Source of the DNA: Bacillota bacterium
GTDB taxonomy: Bacteria; Bacillota; DTU025
Assembly: GCA_050951805.1 (NCBI GenBank)
Contig: JBMNJT010000002.1
Span: forward strand, 864,001 to 928,000
DNA length: 64,000 nt
Direction of reading: 5' to 3'
The notes beneath the pieces are model-generated. The model saw only the letters and a program-made list of their open reading frames with translations, was not told the DNA's origin and searched no databases. A program made the position numbers and the translations under genes. Positions 1 through 9,949 of the stretch are shown piece after piece; the stretch's first letter is position 1, and each line of letters begins with the position of its first letter.

Positions 1-941
1 TTCTGGCAGAGGACTTTAAACGCGCGAATTCTGACAAGGTGGGCAGCACTATCACCACCGAGGGGATGGTAGGTAGATATCTCGGTGCGATCAGCTCGTC
101 GATAGATGCTGACACGGTTCGGAGGCGAGGCCTGAAGGTGGTAGGGGGCTATGACTCGGAGTACGTGGGAGCACTTATCGACGCCTTCTGCAATGCTTGC
201 GGATGTGATCTGCACCATATAGAGATCTCCAATACCGCCTGGGCACCGTCAGAGGTGGCGGATGCAGTGGCCGTGACAGAGGCGGACCTCGGTTTTCTGC
301 TTGACCGAAATGCAGAAAGGCTTGCGCTTGTCGACGAAACGGGTTCGAATATCTCAAACGAAGAGATGCTGGCGCTCATATGTGTGGCCCTCCTTACATC
401 GGGTCGTGAGACTACCATGGCTGTGCCGGTTACAGCGTCCTCAGCGATAGAGCGGCTGGCTGCTGCGTTCAGAGGATATGTAGTCCGAACCCAAGCGAAC
501 CCCAGAGCCATGATGGAAAAAGCCATCGAGGCGCGAGTAAGAATGGGAGAGGCCAGTTTGCCTCACTTTCAGCCTGTAATGGATGGGGTTTTTGCTCTTG
601 CGGTGATCCTTGAGTATCTTGCGAGGGAGAAGACTACTCTTTCGGCGTTTGCGCAAATTGCGCCGAGATCATATATGACCAAACAAGTTGTGGATTGTCC
701 CTGGGAGGACAAAGGCAGGGTGATGAGGAGGTTGATAGAGGAGACTGATGGTGAGGAGGTTCAGCTGATCGACGGAATAAAGGTCTACAGTGACCATGGC
801 TGGACTTTGATTCTTCCAGACTCCGAAGAGCCTTTGTTCCACGTGTACAGTGAGGCGCATAGCCAGGAGATTGCGGAGGAAATAGCCGGGATCTATGTCA
901 GTAGGATTGCTGAAACCATATCAGATGCGGGTGCGGTCTAA
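1..941 (+). CDS. Phosphoglucomutase/phosphomannomutase-family C-terminal part (5'-truncated; probably an NDP-sugar pyrophosphorylase-PMM fusion)
   Basis: Frame is open from the window start (LAEDFKRA...). C-terminal PGM/PMM domain-IV motifs 'CPWEDKGRVMRRL' and 'IDGIKV...WTLILPDSEEPLFHVYSE'. The metal loop is degenerate (LDRNAERL). Confidence 0.8.
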   Translation, partial: LAEDFKRANSDKVGSTITTEGMVGRYLGAISSSIDADTVRRRGLKVVGGYDSEYVGALIDAFCNACGCDLHHIEISNTAWAPSEVADAVAVTEADLGFLLDRNAERLALVDETGSNISNEEMLALICVALLTSGRETTMAVPVTASSAIERLAAAFRGYVVRTQANPRAMMEKAIEARVRMGEASLPHFQPVMDGVFALAVILEYLAREKTTLSAFAQIAPRSYMTKQVVDCPWEDKGRVMRRLIEETDGEEVQLIDGIKVYSDHGWTLILPDSEEPLFHVYSEAHSQEIAEEIAGIYVSRIAETISDAGAV

Positions 942-1114
942 AGAGCGCGCAACGCGCAATTATGCGTAGCAGCCTGATTAACCCGACATTGATATTGAAG
1001 CAGGCCCACAAGCTTGAGGGCGATGGGGCTTGAAAAGTTCAAATGTGAGTGTTGCTTCATGAAAGTATGGCGCGCGGCGAGCGCCCGCGGCTTCCCTCTG
1101 TCGAGCACCTGGGC

Positions 1115-2722
1115 TTACATAGTTGCTCTGCCTGCGTACACCATGTAGTCTATGTTGGGAAACAGGTTACTCTGTTCTTCCAGCTCAGAAAGCCATTCCG
1201 GATCTATGTTCGATGATTTTATGTCATCATACAGCCCCAGAAAGTGTGCGGTATGCGTTTCAAACCGCTTTTTTGCATAATCGATGCAGGTTCCGGCTTT
1301 CATGATGAAAGCCCAGTCGGAGCTCTGAGCCAACAGCAGTTCGCGTGCGGCTTGAGCTAGGGCGCGCCGCGTCAACTCCGGTTGGGGATGTGGGTATGAG
1401 CGGGCCAGTTCCGTCATTCTCCCTGCCATTGTGTGTAGGTGCGGGTATATCCAGTTGTTGCAATCTGCCAGCCATACCTCGCTGTACCCCATGTATCCCC
1501 AAGACGACATGGATGGAGTAGCGACCTGGTTTTTCGGATAGAGCTCCAGGTAGTCGGATGGGGTTAACAGGGCTATGGTGTTTTGGTCGTATGCGATTTT
1601 GCGGATCACGTAATCGAGGAACTCAGGACCTTCGAACCACCAATGACCAAAAAGCTCTGCATCGTAAGGAGCCACTACTATGGGCTTGCGGTCCATCACT
1701 GATGCTAAGTATTCTACTTGACGCTCTCTGTTGAAGACGAAATTGCCCGCGTGTGTAGCGGCTTTTTCAATTGCCCATTGACGCACATATGGCTCTTTTC
1801 GATCTGTATTTCCTGTTACCCGGTAGTACTTCAACCCAGTTTGGAGACGAATAGGGCAGTTCCCCATGAGGGGTTTGATCGATTCCCAATCAAGCTCATA
1901 TCCGATATCTCGATAGAACTCCCGGTAGTCGTAATCCCCGGGGTAACCTTCCTGTGCGCTCCAAACCTGTTTGGATGATTCCATGTCGCGACCGAATGCT
2001 GCCACTTTTGAATGGCAGTACACGGGGGCATACACTCCATATCTGGGCCTAGGCGAAGCATTGAGTATGCCGTGGGAGTCGATGAAGAAATACCTCACTC
2101 CGGCTTCTCTGAGGTATTCATCTATCCCTGGTGAGTAACCGCACTCCGGGAGCCAGAAACCTTTGGGAGCGATTCCAAATACTTGCCTGTAGTAGTCGAT
2201 TCCCGCAAGAATCTGCGCGCGGGCAGCTTCGGGACAAACTTCCATCAGCGGGAGATATCCATGTGTGGCTGCAGTAGTGATGAGTTCGACATGACCTGAA
2301 TCTGAAAGATCTTGGAGTCCTTTCGCCATGTCGCCGCCCAGTCGATTCCAATAAACGTCTCGCGCTTCGCGAAAACGGTCTCGGTACATTTGTGCAGTAT
2401 CATGGAATGCAGGCAACCAACGCGTGCGCGCAACCTCTCGTTCTGCCAGCTCTACAAGGTTATTCATGTAGTCGGAGAATCTCTGCTGGAGCAGCGGATC
2501 GCGGAACATCGAAAGCAATGTGGGCGAAACCGATATTGTTATTCGGTAAGGAACCTCTTCATCGGCCAGTCGCGAGAGGACTATGTAAAGAGGGATATAG
2601 GTTTCAATTAATGCTTCGTAGAACCATTTTTCTTCCAGGTAATGTTCGCCGTCGGCGTGTCGCACGAAGGGAAGATGCGCATGCAAGACAAGAGCAAGGT
2701 AGCCATTTGGAGTTGACAACAA
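1115..2722 (-). CDS. GH57 1,4-alpha-glucan branching enzyme (DUF1957)
   Basis: HAHLP, WLPECGY (nucleophile), APYDAELFGHWW (acid/base) and AQSSDWAFI motifs. Confidence 0.92.
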   Translation of the reverse strand: MLSTPNGYLALVLHAHLPFVRHADGEHYLEEKWFYEALIETYIPLYIVLSRLADEEVPYRITISVSPTLLSMFRDPLLQQRFSDYMNNLVELAEREVARTRWLPAFHDTAQMYRDRFREARDVYWNRLGGDMAKGLQDLSDSGHVELITTAATHGYLPLMEVCPEAARAQILAGIDYYRQVFGIAPKGFWLPECGYSPGIDEYLREAGVRYFFIDSHGILNASPRPRYGVYAPVYCHSKVAAFGRDMESSKQVWSAQEGYPGDYDYREFYRDIGYELDWESIKPLMGNCPIRLQTGLKYYRVTGNTDRKEPYVRQWAIEKAATHAGNFVFNRERQVEYLASVMDRKPIVVAPYDAELFGHWWFEGPEFLDYVIRKIAYDQNTIALLTPSDYLELYPKNQVATPSMSSWGYMGYSEVWLADCNNWIYPHLHTMAGRMTELARSYPHPQPELTRRALAQAARELLLAQSSDWAFIMKAGTCIDYAKKRFETHTAHFLGLYDDIKSSNIDPEWLSELEEQSNLFPNIDYMVYAGRATM

Positions 2723-3745
2723 CTACGACCTCCCATTTCCCCGGTTCGATCTGGAGACAATCCACGAAACGCTTCTATGCATGATGCCGTCATCGGATGT
2801 GGCGGAAATGTCAACCGGGTGGTCTCCAAATGGCAGAGACAGGCGGACTGAGAAACTGCCATCAGGTCTGACAGGCATCGGCATGCCGCATACTTCCACT
2901 TTAGCCCCTGCTTCCGTTGCTCCGTGAATGATCAGTTCGGCATCGGCTCTCAACCAGAAGCCGCGTGGGGCTCGGTGTACTTCGCCAGGTTGGCCCATAG
3001 GGCTTCCGACTGCTCCCACTCCTCCCGATCCGAGGGCAATTTCGTGAAGCAGTTCTTCGGCGCGGGCATGCCTGGAAATACCCGGCGATGAAGGCGATAG
3101 GCCATGCGATATGTAACCTTCCTCAATCTCGCGAATGGTTAGCCACTCTTCGTCGACAATCCAGGATGGACCTATCCTTGGTGTGTGGACGGTATTCGAC
3201 CGCGAGATCAGGTAGAATTGTGAGGCGCCCGTAACCAGCCCCAGGTCAACACAGTAGGACCTGTCTGATTCCTCCACGTTTATGTACCAATTGTTCGCGA
3301 AAGGATGGACCTCTTTGTCGAAACTGCGGACGGAATTATGGCCATCGAATGTGACGCCTGTTACATCGTGGACGCGGAGCGTCAACTGTGAGCGGTCCAA
3401 CTCTTCTCCCAACTGGCGGCGTAGGTTTTTGGCCATGTCTTCGGCGATTTCCCAATATGCGTGCATCCAGAAGGGATCGCGAACTTGAAGCACTATTCTG
3501 GTAGCCCCGTAGAAACCCGGCAAGACCGTGGGTTTGTGGCGCCGAGCGGGGTTCATCTGTAAGTTTTCGGTCTCAAGGATCGTGATCTCCGGGAAGCGTC
3601 TGTGTGGAAGCGGCTGATCGCTCACTTCGGGCGGACTCAGTTCGATTCTGGCATCTTCCGCCATCTGCTGCTCGTGCTGGGACACGCTGGGCGTCCCTGC
3701 GCCTTTTTTGTCTATCGGACTAACTTTATCGAACGAGTCCTGCAC
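2723..3745 (-). CDS. DUF4912 domain protein
   Basis: 'YGATRIVLQVRDPFWMHAYWEI', 'NNWYINV', 'SRSNTVHTP' and C-terminal 'FWLRADAELIIHGATE'. Typical neighbour of GH57/DUF1957 genes. Confidence 0.85.
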   Translation of the reverse strand: MQDSFDKVSPIDKKGAGTPSVSQHEQQMAEDARIELSPPEVSDQPLPHRRFPEITILETENLQMNPARRHKPTVLPGFYGATRIVLQVRDPFWMHAYWEIAEDMAKNLRRQLGEELDRSQLTLRVHDVTGVTFDGHNSVRSFDKEVHPFANNWYINVEESDRSYCVDLGLVTGASQFYLISRSNTVHTPRIGPSWIVDEEWLTIREIEEGYISHGLSPSSPGISRHARAEELLHEIALGSGGVGAVGSPMGQPGEVHRAPRGFWLRADAELIIHGATEAGAKVEVCGMPMPVRPDGSFSVRLSLPFGDHPVDISATSDDGIMHRSVSWIVSRSNRGNGRS

Positions 3746-3856
3746 TTGTGGAACCTCCCTTTAAGCGCCAAAACACATAAGGCTCAACGGCTGGTGTTGG
3801 CCGTCTGTCAATCTCTCGCTTAGTCTGCCCGCGAGAAATGCGGGTTATCCCATACC

Positions 3857-3885
3857 GGATACTCTTCTCGCTTTGGGCAACAATA
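3857..3885 (+). promoter_or_regulatory. Possible sigma-F/G-like forespore promoter
   Basis: GGATA-N14-GGCAACAATA upstream of the SD AAGGAGG of the second GH57 gene. The -10 fits GGnrAnAnTA; the -35 is imperfect. Confidence 0.3.
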
Positions 3886-3911
3886 GTTTATGCTTCAAGG
3901 AGGTATTTACT

Positions 3912-5510
3912 ATGGACCACATTGGAACGTTTTCTCTGGTGCTTCATTCTCACATCCCATATTGCCGCAGATCCGGAGTGTGGCCATTTGGAGAGGAGTG
4001 GGTTTTTGAAGCAGTGGTGGAGACTTATATCCCTATACTGGATTGGCTCCTGAATTGCCATGAAAAAGGGGTCGGACCCAATGTTACGCTCAGTTTTTCC
4101 CCGGTATTGGCAGAGCAACTTGCGGATGCATACATGAAGTCCCGCATCGTAGAATACATGGACGCTCGCGCCAATGCGGCCCGCGCTGATCTCATGCGAC
4201 ACGAGTTAGTCCACGACGACAGGCTTGCAAGGCTGTCAAGGAAGTACGTCGAATACTATGAAAACGCTAAGAAACGATTCATAGATTACTACGACGGCGA
4301 CTTGTTGGGCGCCATCGCCAAGCTTGCCGCCTCGGGTAGAGTTGAGGTCTTGGCTACATCGGCCAGCCACGCCTATCTGCCATTGCTGCCTCAAGAATCA
4401 CGTATTCGCACTCAGATTCGCGTCGGTTACGAGGCATGCCAACGGCACTTTGGCGTTTTGCCCAAGGGCGCATGGCTTCCCGAATGCGGATACAAGCCTG
4501 GCGCAATCGAGCGCGCGCTGGAGGAATGTGGAATCGAGTATTTCATAGTCGATACTCCAGCAATAGCTGGCGGTGGCCCGCGAAACCTGTATGGTGGCGT
4601 TCCTGAGGCTTTGCGGCGCAACATTGGGGCTGGCTTGCCGAGTATGGCAACGCTCATGCCGTATCGCCTGCGTGGCTCCAAGATGGCTGTTTTCGGGCGC
4701 GATGAGGTGACAGCTGCTCAGGTATGGTCGAGGGATGTGGGGTATCCGGGTGACGGCAATTACCTCGAATTCCACAAGCGGGACGACTCATCCGGACTTC
4801 GTTACTGGAGGGTTACAAACAAACTCCTGGATTTCGGGCAGAAGCAGCTTTACGACCCTGAGGCTGCTCTAGCAAGCGCAAGAACCCATGCACAGCACTT
4901 CGCTGGTGTAGTAGAGGAAAGGCTTGGTGGTTACGCAGAGAGGACAGGCAGGCATGGGATTATTGTTGCCCCCTACGACATGGAACTTTTCGGGCATTGG
5001 TGGCATGAAGGCGTTGATTGGCTTTCATTGGCAATGGACGCGCTCTGTGCATCGAATCGCGTCGAGTGTGGCACCCTGGGATCTTACTTGAAGCTGCACC
5101 CGCCCGTGGATGAACTGGAGCTCCCTGAGTGTTCGTGGGGGCATGGCGGAAGACATGGTGTATGGTTCAACTCTGAAACGGAATGGATGTGGCAGGAGAT
5201 TGAGAGAGCCACTGCTATCGGCCACGAGCTTGAAGGGGTAATTGGGGGCCTCGACGGGGTCCATAAAATCATGGCCGATCAGGCGCTTCGAGAGCTGATG
5301 TTGTTGGAAGCGAGCGATTGGCCCTTCCTCGTAACAACGGGTCAAGCTGGAGGATATGCTCGTGATAGGTTCGCGCAGCATCTGTCCGATTTTGAGGTTC
5401 TGGCGCAGGCAGCGATGGCTAGGGAAACCGATCTGCGATCGCTGGAGGTTTTGGAAGCATCGTCTTCCCGCGATTCGGTCTTTACATGGATCGACTGGGG
5501 AAGCCTGTGA
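3912..5510 (+). CDS. GH57 1,4-alpha-glucan branching enzyme, second paralog
   Basis: HSHIP, WLPECGY, APYDMELFGHWW and EASDWPF motifs. SD AAGGAGG before ATG 3912. Confidence 0.92.
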   Translation: MDHIGTFSLVLHSHIPYCRRSGVWPFGEEWVFEAVVETYIPILDWLLNCHEKGVGPNVTLSFSPVLAEQLADAYMKSRIVEYMDARANAARADLMRHELVHDDRLARLSRKYVEYYENAKKRFIDYYDGDLLGAIAKLAASGRVEVLATSASHAYLPLLPQESRIRTQIRVGYEACQRHFGVLPKGAWLPECGYKPGAIERALEECGIEYFIVDTPAIAGGGPRNLYGGVPEALRRNIGAGLPSMATLMPYRLRGSKMAVFGRDEVTAAQVWSRDVGYPGDGNYLEFHKRDDSSGLRYWRVTNKLLDFGQKQLYDPEAALASARTHAQHFAGVVEERLGGYAERTGRHGIIVAPYDMELFGHWWHEGVDWLSLAMDALCASNRVECGTLGSYLKLHPPVDELELPECSWGHGGRHGVWFNSETEWMWQEIERATAIGHELEGVIGGLDGVHKIMADQALRELMLLEASDWPFLVTTGQAGGYARDRFAQHLSDFEVLAQAAMARETDLRSLEVLEASSSRDSVFTWIDWGSL

Positions 5511-5757
5511 TATACTCGGAAGTACAAACTGAGTATGCGACGGGGTTTTTATGCCCGGGCTGATCTCTCCGTCTGGCCCTGTCTTCTGCAGATCTGGATC
5601 ACTGTTAGAGATCAGCTTGTTTCGAACTTTCAATCACATTGGAGTTGTCGCTGAAATTAACGAGTGTGACGGAGACGTGATTGTTTCCTTACGAGGTTTG
5701 AGTATCCGAGATTTGCAGTGTGACAACAGCAATCGATGATCATCAGGGGATGAGAGC

Positions 5758-6669
5758 ATGGCAGAAACTACAATCAGTGGGCAAGAGCTTTCTTGTATCG
5801 TAATAACTGGGCTTTCGGGAGCCGGTAAATCAGAAGCGGCTAGGGCTTTTGAAGATCTTGGCTATTTCTGCATCGATAACCTTCCGGTCATGCTTATTCC
5901 CAAACTTGCGGAGTTGCTTTCCGAAACATCGGGTCGCATTGATAAAGTGGCGCTTGTTATAGATGTGCGCGGACAGGACGTCTTCGGCCAGCTTTCTTCA
6001 GTTTTCCGTACTATGGATGATTCGGGGTTCAACTACAAAGTGCTGTTCCTGGAAGCTTCCGATGAAACCCTCGTCAATCGTTTCAAGGCTAGTAGAAGGC
6101 CGCATCCATTGGCGCCAGAAGGCGGAATCCTGGACGGGCTCAAGCTGGAAAGACAGTTGCTAGCTCGGCTGCGCGCTGGGGCTGCACTGGTGATCGACAC
6201 GTCGGATTTGACGGCTAGGCAACTGAGGGCGGAGATCGTACGGAGATTCGGAGATAATTCCGGTGCGCCGACTATACAGCTGACTGTAGTCTCATTTGGG
6301 TTTAAATATGGTGTGCCCGCCGATGCCGATCTTGTGTTTGATGTCAGATTTCTTCCCAACCCGTTCTACGTGGATTCGCTCAGGAACCTGACGGGAAACG
6401 ATGAAGAAGTGAATGAATACGTAATGCGATGGCCGGTGACGAAGAGATTCCTCGATAAACTAGTTGATTTATTTAGATTCTTGTTGCCCGAGTACGAAAG
6501 GGAGGGCAAGTTCAATCTCGTCGTTGGGATTGGATGCACGGGAGGACGGCATCGATCTGTTGTTATCGCGAATCAGTTGTCGCGGCCTCTGCGCGAACTC
6601 GGATACCGCACGCATACAATGCATAGGGATATCGATATCGGCAGCGGGGATCAACCCGCATCGAAGTAG
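5758..6669 (+). CDS. rapZ: RNase adapter / P-loop protein RapZ (YvcJ)
   Basis: [33 protein letters not shown] and [10 protein letters not shown] motifs. Confidence 0.95.
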   Translation: MAETTISGQELSCIVITGLSGAGKSEAARAFEDLGYFCIDNLPVMLIPKLAELLSETSGRIDKVALVIDVRGQDVFGQLSSVFRTMDDSGFNYKVLFLEASDETLVNRFKASRRPHPLAPEGGILDGLKLERQLLARLRAGAALVIDTSDLTARQLRAEIVRRFGDNSGAPTIQLTVVSFGFKYGVPADADLVFDVRFLPNPFYVDSLRNLTGNDEEVNEYVMRWPVTKRFLDKLVDLFRFLLPEYEREGKFNLVVGIGCTGGRHRSVVIANQLSRPLRELGYRTHTMHRDIDIGSGDQPASK

Positions 6670-6680
6670 GGGGGACTCTA

Positions 6681-7676
6681 ATGCGTCACAGCCCTGTGCC
6701 TAAACCCTTGTCCCGCAGATTGCGCGTTGTGGCGTTGGGCGGTGGGACCGGGCTTTCTACTTTGCTGAGAGGTTTGAAGGAATATACGAATAAAATCACA
6801 GCGGTTGTTGCAGTCACAGATGACGGTGGAAGTTCTGGCAGGTTGCGTCAGGAAATGGGCATGCTTCCTCCAGGGGATATCCGAGACTGCCTGGTTGCGC
6901 TCGCAGATGCCGAACCGCTTATGAAAGAGCTTTTCGATTACAGGTTTAACGGTCAAGGGCCTCTGGCAGGGCACAATTTTGGTAATCTGTTCATCGCAGC
7001 TATGTCTGACATAACGGGCGACTTTGAACTTGCCATAAAAGAATCGAGCAAGGTACTGGTGGTGAGAGGCTGCGTGTTGCCGTGCACCCTCGATAATTGC
7101 GTTCTCGGAGCGAATCTTGAGGATGGAAATGTTGTGATGGGTGAGACGTCAATAAGCAGCAGTAGGCGGGCGATCCGAAGCGTTTTTCTGGAACCGGCTA
7201 CATGCTCTCCGCTTCCCGAAATCTTGGAGGCGATAGAGGCGGCAGACGTTATAGTGCTTGGGCCTGGAAGTCTGTATACGAGCGTGATGCCGAACCTTCT
7301 CGTTTCGGGCGTTGCTGATGCCATAGCTTCGTCTAATGCAGTCAAGGTCTATGTATGCAATGTTATGACCCAGCCCGGGGAGACCCAGGGGTATACAGCC
7401 CAGGATCACTTGGCCGCGATATACGCGCACGCCGGCGCTGATATAGTTGATTGGGTCATTGTGAACAACTCTCCCGTATCTGATCGGGTTCTTGAAAATT
7501 ACTGCCGAGAGGGTTCTATACCAGTTGCATGGGATTGCAAGGCCCTAGAGAGCATGGGCGTCAGTGTGGTGGAGGCTCCGGTGATCAACCAGACCAACGT
7601 TGTCAGACATGACCCGGAAGCGCTCTCTAAGGAGATAATGGCATTGGCGGTAAGGCACGTGTTCACCGGAAGATGA
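6681..7676 (+). CDS. yvcK: YvcK/GlmR family gluconeogenesis factor
   Basis: [30 protein letters not shown] and NVMTQPGET motifs. Confidence 0.95.
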   Translation: MRHSPVPKPLSRRLRVVALGGGTGLSTLLRGLKEYTNKITAVVAVTDDGGSSGRLRQEMGMLPPGDIRDCLVALADAEPLMKELFDYRFNGQGPLAGHNFGNLFIAAMSDITGDFELAIKESSKVLVVRGCVLPCTLDNCVLGANLEDGNVVMGETSISSSRRAIRSVFLEPATCSPLPEILEAIEAADVIVLGPGSLYTSVMPNLLVSGVADAIASSNAVKVYVCNVMTQPGETQGYTAQDHLAAIYAHAGADIVDWVIVNNSPVSDRVLENYCREGSIPVAWDCKALESMGVSVVEAPVINQTNVVRHDPEALSKEIMALAVRHVFTGR

Positions 7677-8193
7677 TATTACAGGCGATGATAGCGGCCA
7701 CGAACCCGACCGCGTTGGCCAGGAGCGCTGCCACTGCTGAATGGCGCCACTTTGATACATTGACTGAGCTGAAATAGAGCGCAAGGATATAGAGAGAGGT
7801 ATCGGAGGCTCCTTGTATAACTGAGGCGAGTTTGCCATCGAAGGTATCGGGGCCCAGATCCTTCAGGATGTTGGCGAGGAGACTGAGCGCGCCAGATCCC
7901 GAGATTGGCCTGAGAATGGCCAGCATCACGAGGTCGGGGTTGATCCCAAGCTTCATGGTTGCGGGGCCAACAGCCTGCGCCAGTATGTCCAATGCTCCGG
8001 AGTCTCGTAGAAGCCCCACAACCAAGAACATCGCGATCATGGCGGGCGCGATCTTTGCTGCCACTTTCAGGCCGTCGGAAGCGCCTTCTATGAAGCAAGC
8101 GTAGACATCGATGCCTTTTGACGCTCCATATGCGGGGATTCCCAAAAGGAACAGGGGAATCAGGAGATAGGGTAGTGACGACAGTTGCATCAT
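7663..8193 (-). CDS. spmB: Spore maturation protein B
   Basis: 'FIEGA.DG', 'RPISGSGA', 'GPDTF.G.LAS.IQG', 'LYF.SV...K.RH'. Lies downstream of spmA. Start placed at the ATG after SD GGAGG. Confidence 0.88.
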   Translation of the reverse strand: MMQLSSLPYLLIPLFLLGIPAYGASKGIDVYACFIEGASDGLKVAAKIAPAMIAMFLVVGLLRDSGALDILAQAVGPATMKLGINPDLVMLAILRPISGSGALSLLANILKDLGPDTFDGKLASVIQGASDTSLYILALYFSSVNVSKWRHSAVAALLANAVGFVAAIIACNIIFR

Positions 8194-8807
8194 CTCCGTC
8201 TCCTCCGCCTTGAAAGCAGGCGGTCGAGGATTATTGCTGCGCCAGTCGAGCAACTAGTTGCGATTATTGTTGCTCCTATTATGGAGCCTGGATCTGCGGA
8301 GCCCAGTTCGGCTCTGAGAGAAAGCACTGTGGTTGGAACTAATGTGAGGCTAGATGCGGTGATTATCACAAATGTGCACATAGCGTCGGTGGCTTCTTGA
8401 TGTTGCGCGGGGAGGCGTAGCGAGGCTTTTCCAGAGTGGCGCTTGTCTTCAGCTGCCAGCTCTTCCATGGCACGCAGCCCGAACGGCGTCGCTGCGCTTC
8501 CAAGCCCCAGAAGATTCGCGGCCATGCTAGTGGCCATGTAACCGATGGCGTGGGAACGTGGGGATATCCCAGGGAAAAGCGGGGCTATGATCGGCTGCAT
8601 GAGATCTGCCAGTCGTGACATGAGCCCCGATTCTTCGGCTATTTTCGCGATCCCCGACCAAAGAGCGATCGACCCGGCAAGCCCTATACATAACTGAACT
8701 GCTTCTCTTGTCGATGACAATGCGATACTCGTAACGCTGGCAGGGCCTTTTACGATAATGGCTACAATGGCGCCTGAAGCCAACATCAGCAGCCACATAA
8801 TGCTCAT
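8190..8807 (-). CDS. spmA: Spore maturation protein A
   Basis: 'LW.GI.KIAEESGL', 'ANLLGLG.AATPFGL.AM', 'SSLTLVPTT'. Confidence 0.9.
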   Translation of the reverse strand: MSIMWLLMLASGAIVAIIVKGPASVTSIALSSTREAVQLCIGLAGSIALWSGIAKIAEESGLMSRLADLMQPIIAPLFPGISPRSHAIGYMATSMAANLLGLGSAATPFGLRAMEELAAEDKRHSGKASLRLPAQHQEATDAMCTFVIITASSLTLVPTTVLSLRAELGSADPGSIIGATIIATSCSTGAAIILDRLLSRRRRRR

Positions 8808-8868
8808 TCGATCATCCCCCCAAAAAAAGAATCACCAATGTTTTTGCTGGTCAAGTCGCATCGCTTAA

Positions 8869-8899
8869 ATCGTATTCTCCTTCAGTGTTCAAGTATGAC
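8869..8899 (-). promoter_or_regulatory. Sigma-E-type promoter of spmAB
   Basis: Minus strand reads GTCATA-N17-AATACGAT, matching ATA-N16-18-cATAcanT. spmAB is sigma-E controlled in B. subtilis. Confidence 0.6.
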
Positions 8900-8996
8900 G
8901 TCATTTGGCGCAGATCCAAGCGTCGCGGGAAGGAGGTAATCGGTTGCCAGCTGAGGAAGAATAGCAGGGCGCGCTATTGGCAGAGGTGATGTTTGC

Positions 8997-9938
8997 GTGG
9001 ACTTCTATTCGCGCATGAAGGACGAACTGATAAGGGTTATGCCGACACAGAGATGTTGCCAGGTTGCTGAGCTCTCTGCTTTGGTCAAGACTGACGGAGT
9101 CATACAGATATCTCAGGGGCGGATTTCGGTGCTGATTCGGGAATCCAATGCCGGTGTCGCCCGAAAAGTAGTTATGCTTCTGCGTGACGTGGGACGTCCT
9201 GACACTCAGATTGCAGTGCGCCAGGGGAGTGGTCTACCTAGGGGCAATACATATATAGTCCTCATCAGCGATCACGATCAAGCCATGGAACTTCTCGAGC
9301 TCCTCGGCATCTATGGGGAGTTCGGCTTGGCCAGCGGGATAGATTCCGCTATTGTCGCAAATCGTTGCTGTATGAGGGCTTATTTGCGTGGAACTTTTCT
9401 AGGAGCCGGTTATATGGGCGAGCCGGAGAAAGGATATCACGTGGAGATGGCTTTGAAATATCGGACCCATGCTGACGACATTGTCGAGTTGTTGCGCCAA
9501 TTTCATATTCGGGCTGGAATTGTTCAACGTCGGGAGCGCAGCGTGGTTTATATTAAGCATGGAGACGATGTAGTGGAATTCCTTCGCGTGATCGAGGCAG
9601 CCAATGCGTTGCTGGAATTGGAGAATACCAGGATTGTCCGATCGATCAGAAATGATGTGAACAGGCTAGTAAATGCCGAAAACGCAAATGTTTCCAAAGT
9701 GGTGGAGGCATCAGTCAGGCAGATTCAGGATATTCAGCTCATAGACGAGATGATGGGTATAGGGCGGCTTCCTCCGGCTCTCCGCGAGATCGCTTGGCTT
9801 AGGCTGGAATATCCGGAGGCAAGCCTCACGGAACTTGGGACGATGCTTTCGCCGAAACTGAGCAAGTCAGGCGTGAACCATCGAATGAGGAGGATTTCTG
9901 AGATTGCTAACAGGCTCCGCGGGCAGCAGGAAAGTTGA
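8997..9938 (+). CDS. whiA: DNA-binding protein WhiA
   Basis: 'AYLRG.FL..G....P.K.YH.E', 'VNRLVN.E.AN', 'SL.ELG....P.LSKSGVNHRMR'. Confidence 0.95.
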   Translation: MDFYSRMKDELIRVMPTQRCCQVAELSALVKTDGVIQISQGRISVLIRESNAGVARKVVMLLRDVGRPDTQIAVRQGSGLPRGNTYIVLISDHDQAMELLELLGIYGEFGLASGIDSAIVANRCCMRAYLRGTFLGAGYMGEPEKGYHVEMALKYRTHADDIVELLRQFHIRAGIVQRRERSVVYIKHGDDVVEFLRVIEAANALLELENTRIVRSIRNDVNRLVNAENANVSKVVEASVRQIQDIQLIDEMMGIGRLPPALREIAWLRLEYPEASLTELGTMLSPKLSKSGVNHRMRRISEIANRLRGQQES

Positions 9939-9949
9939 GGTGAATCGCC

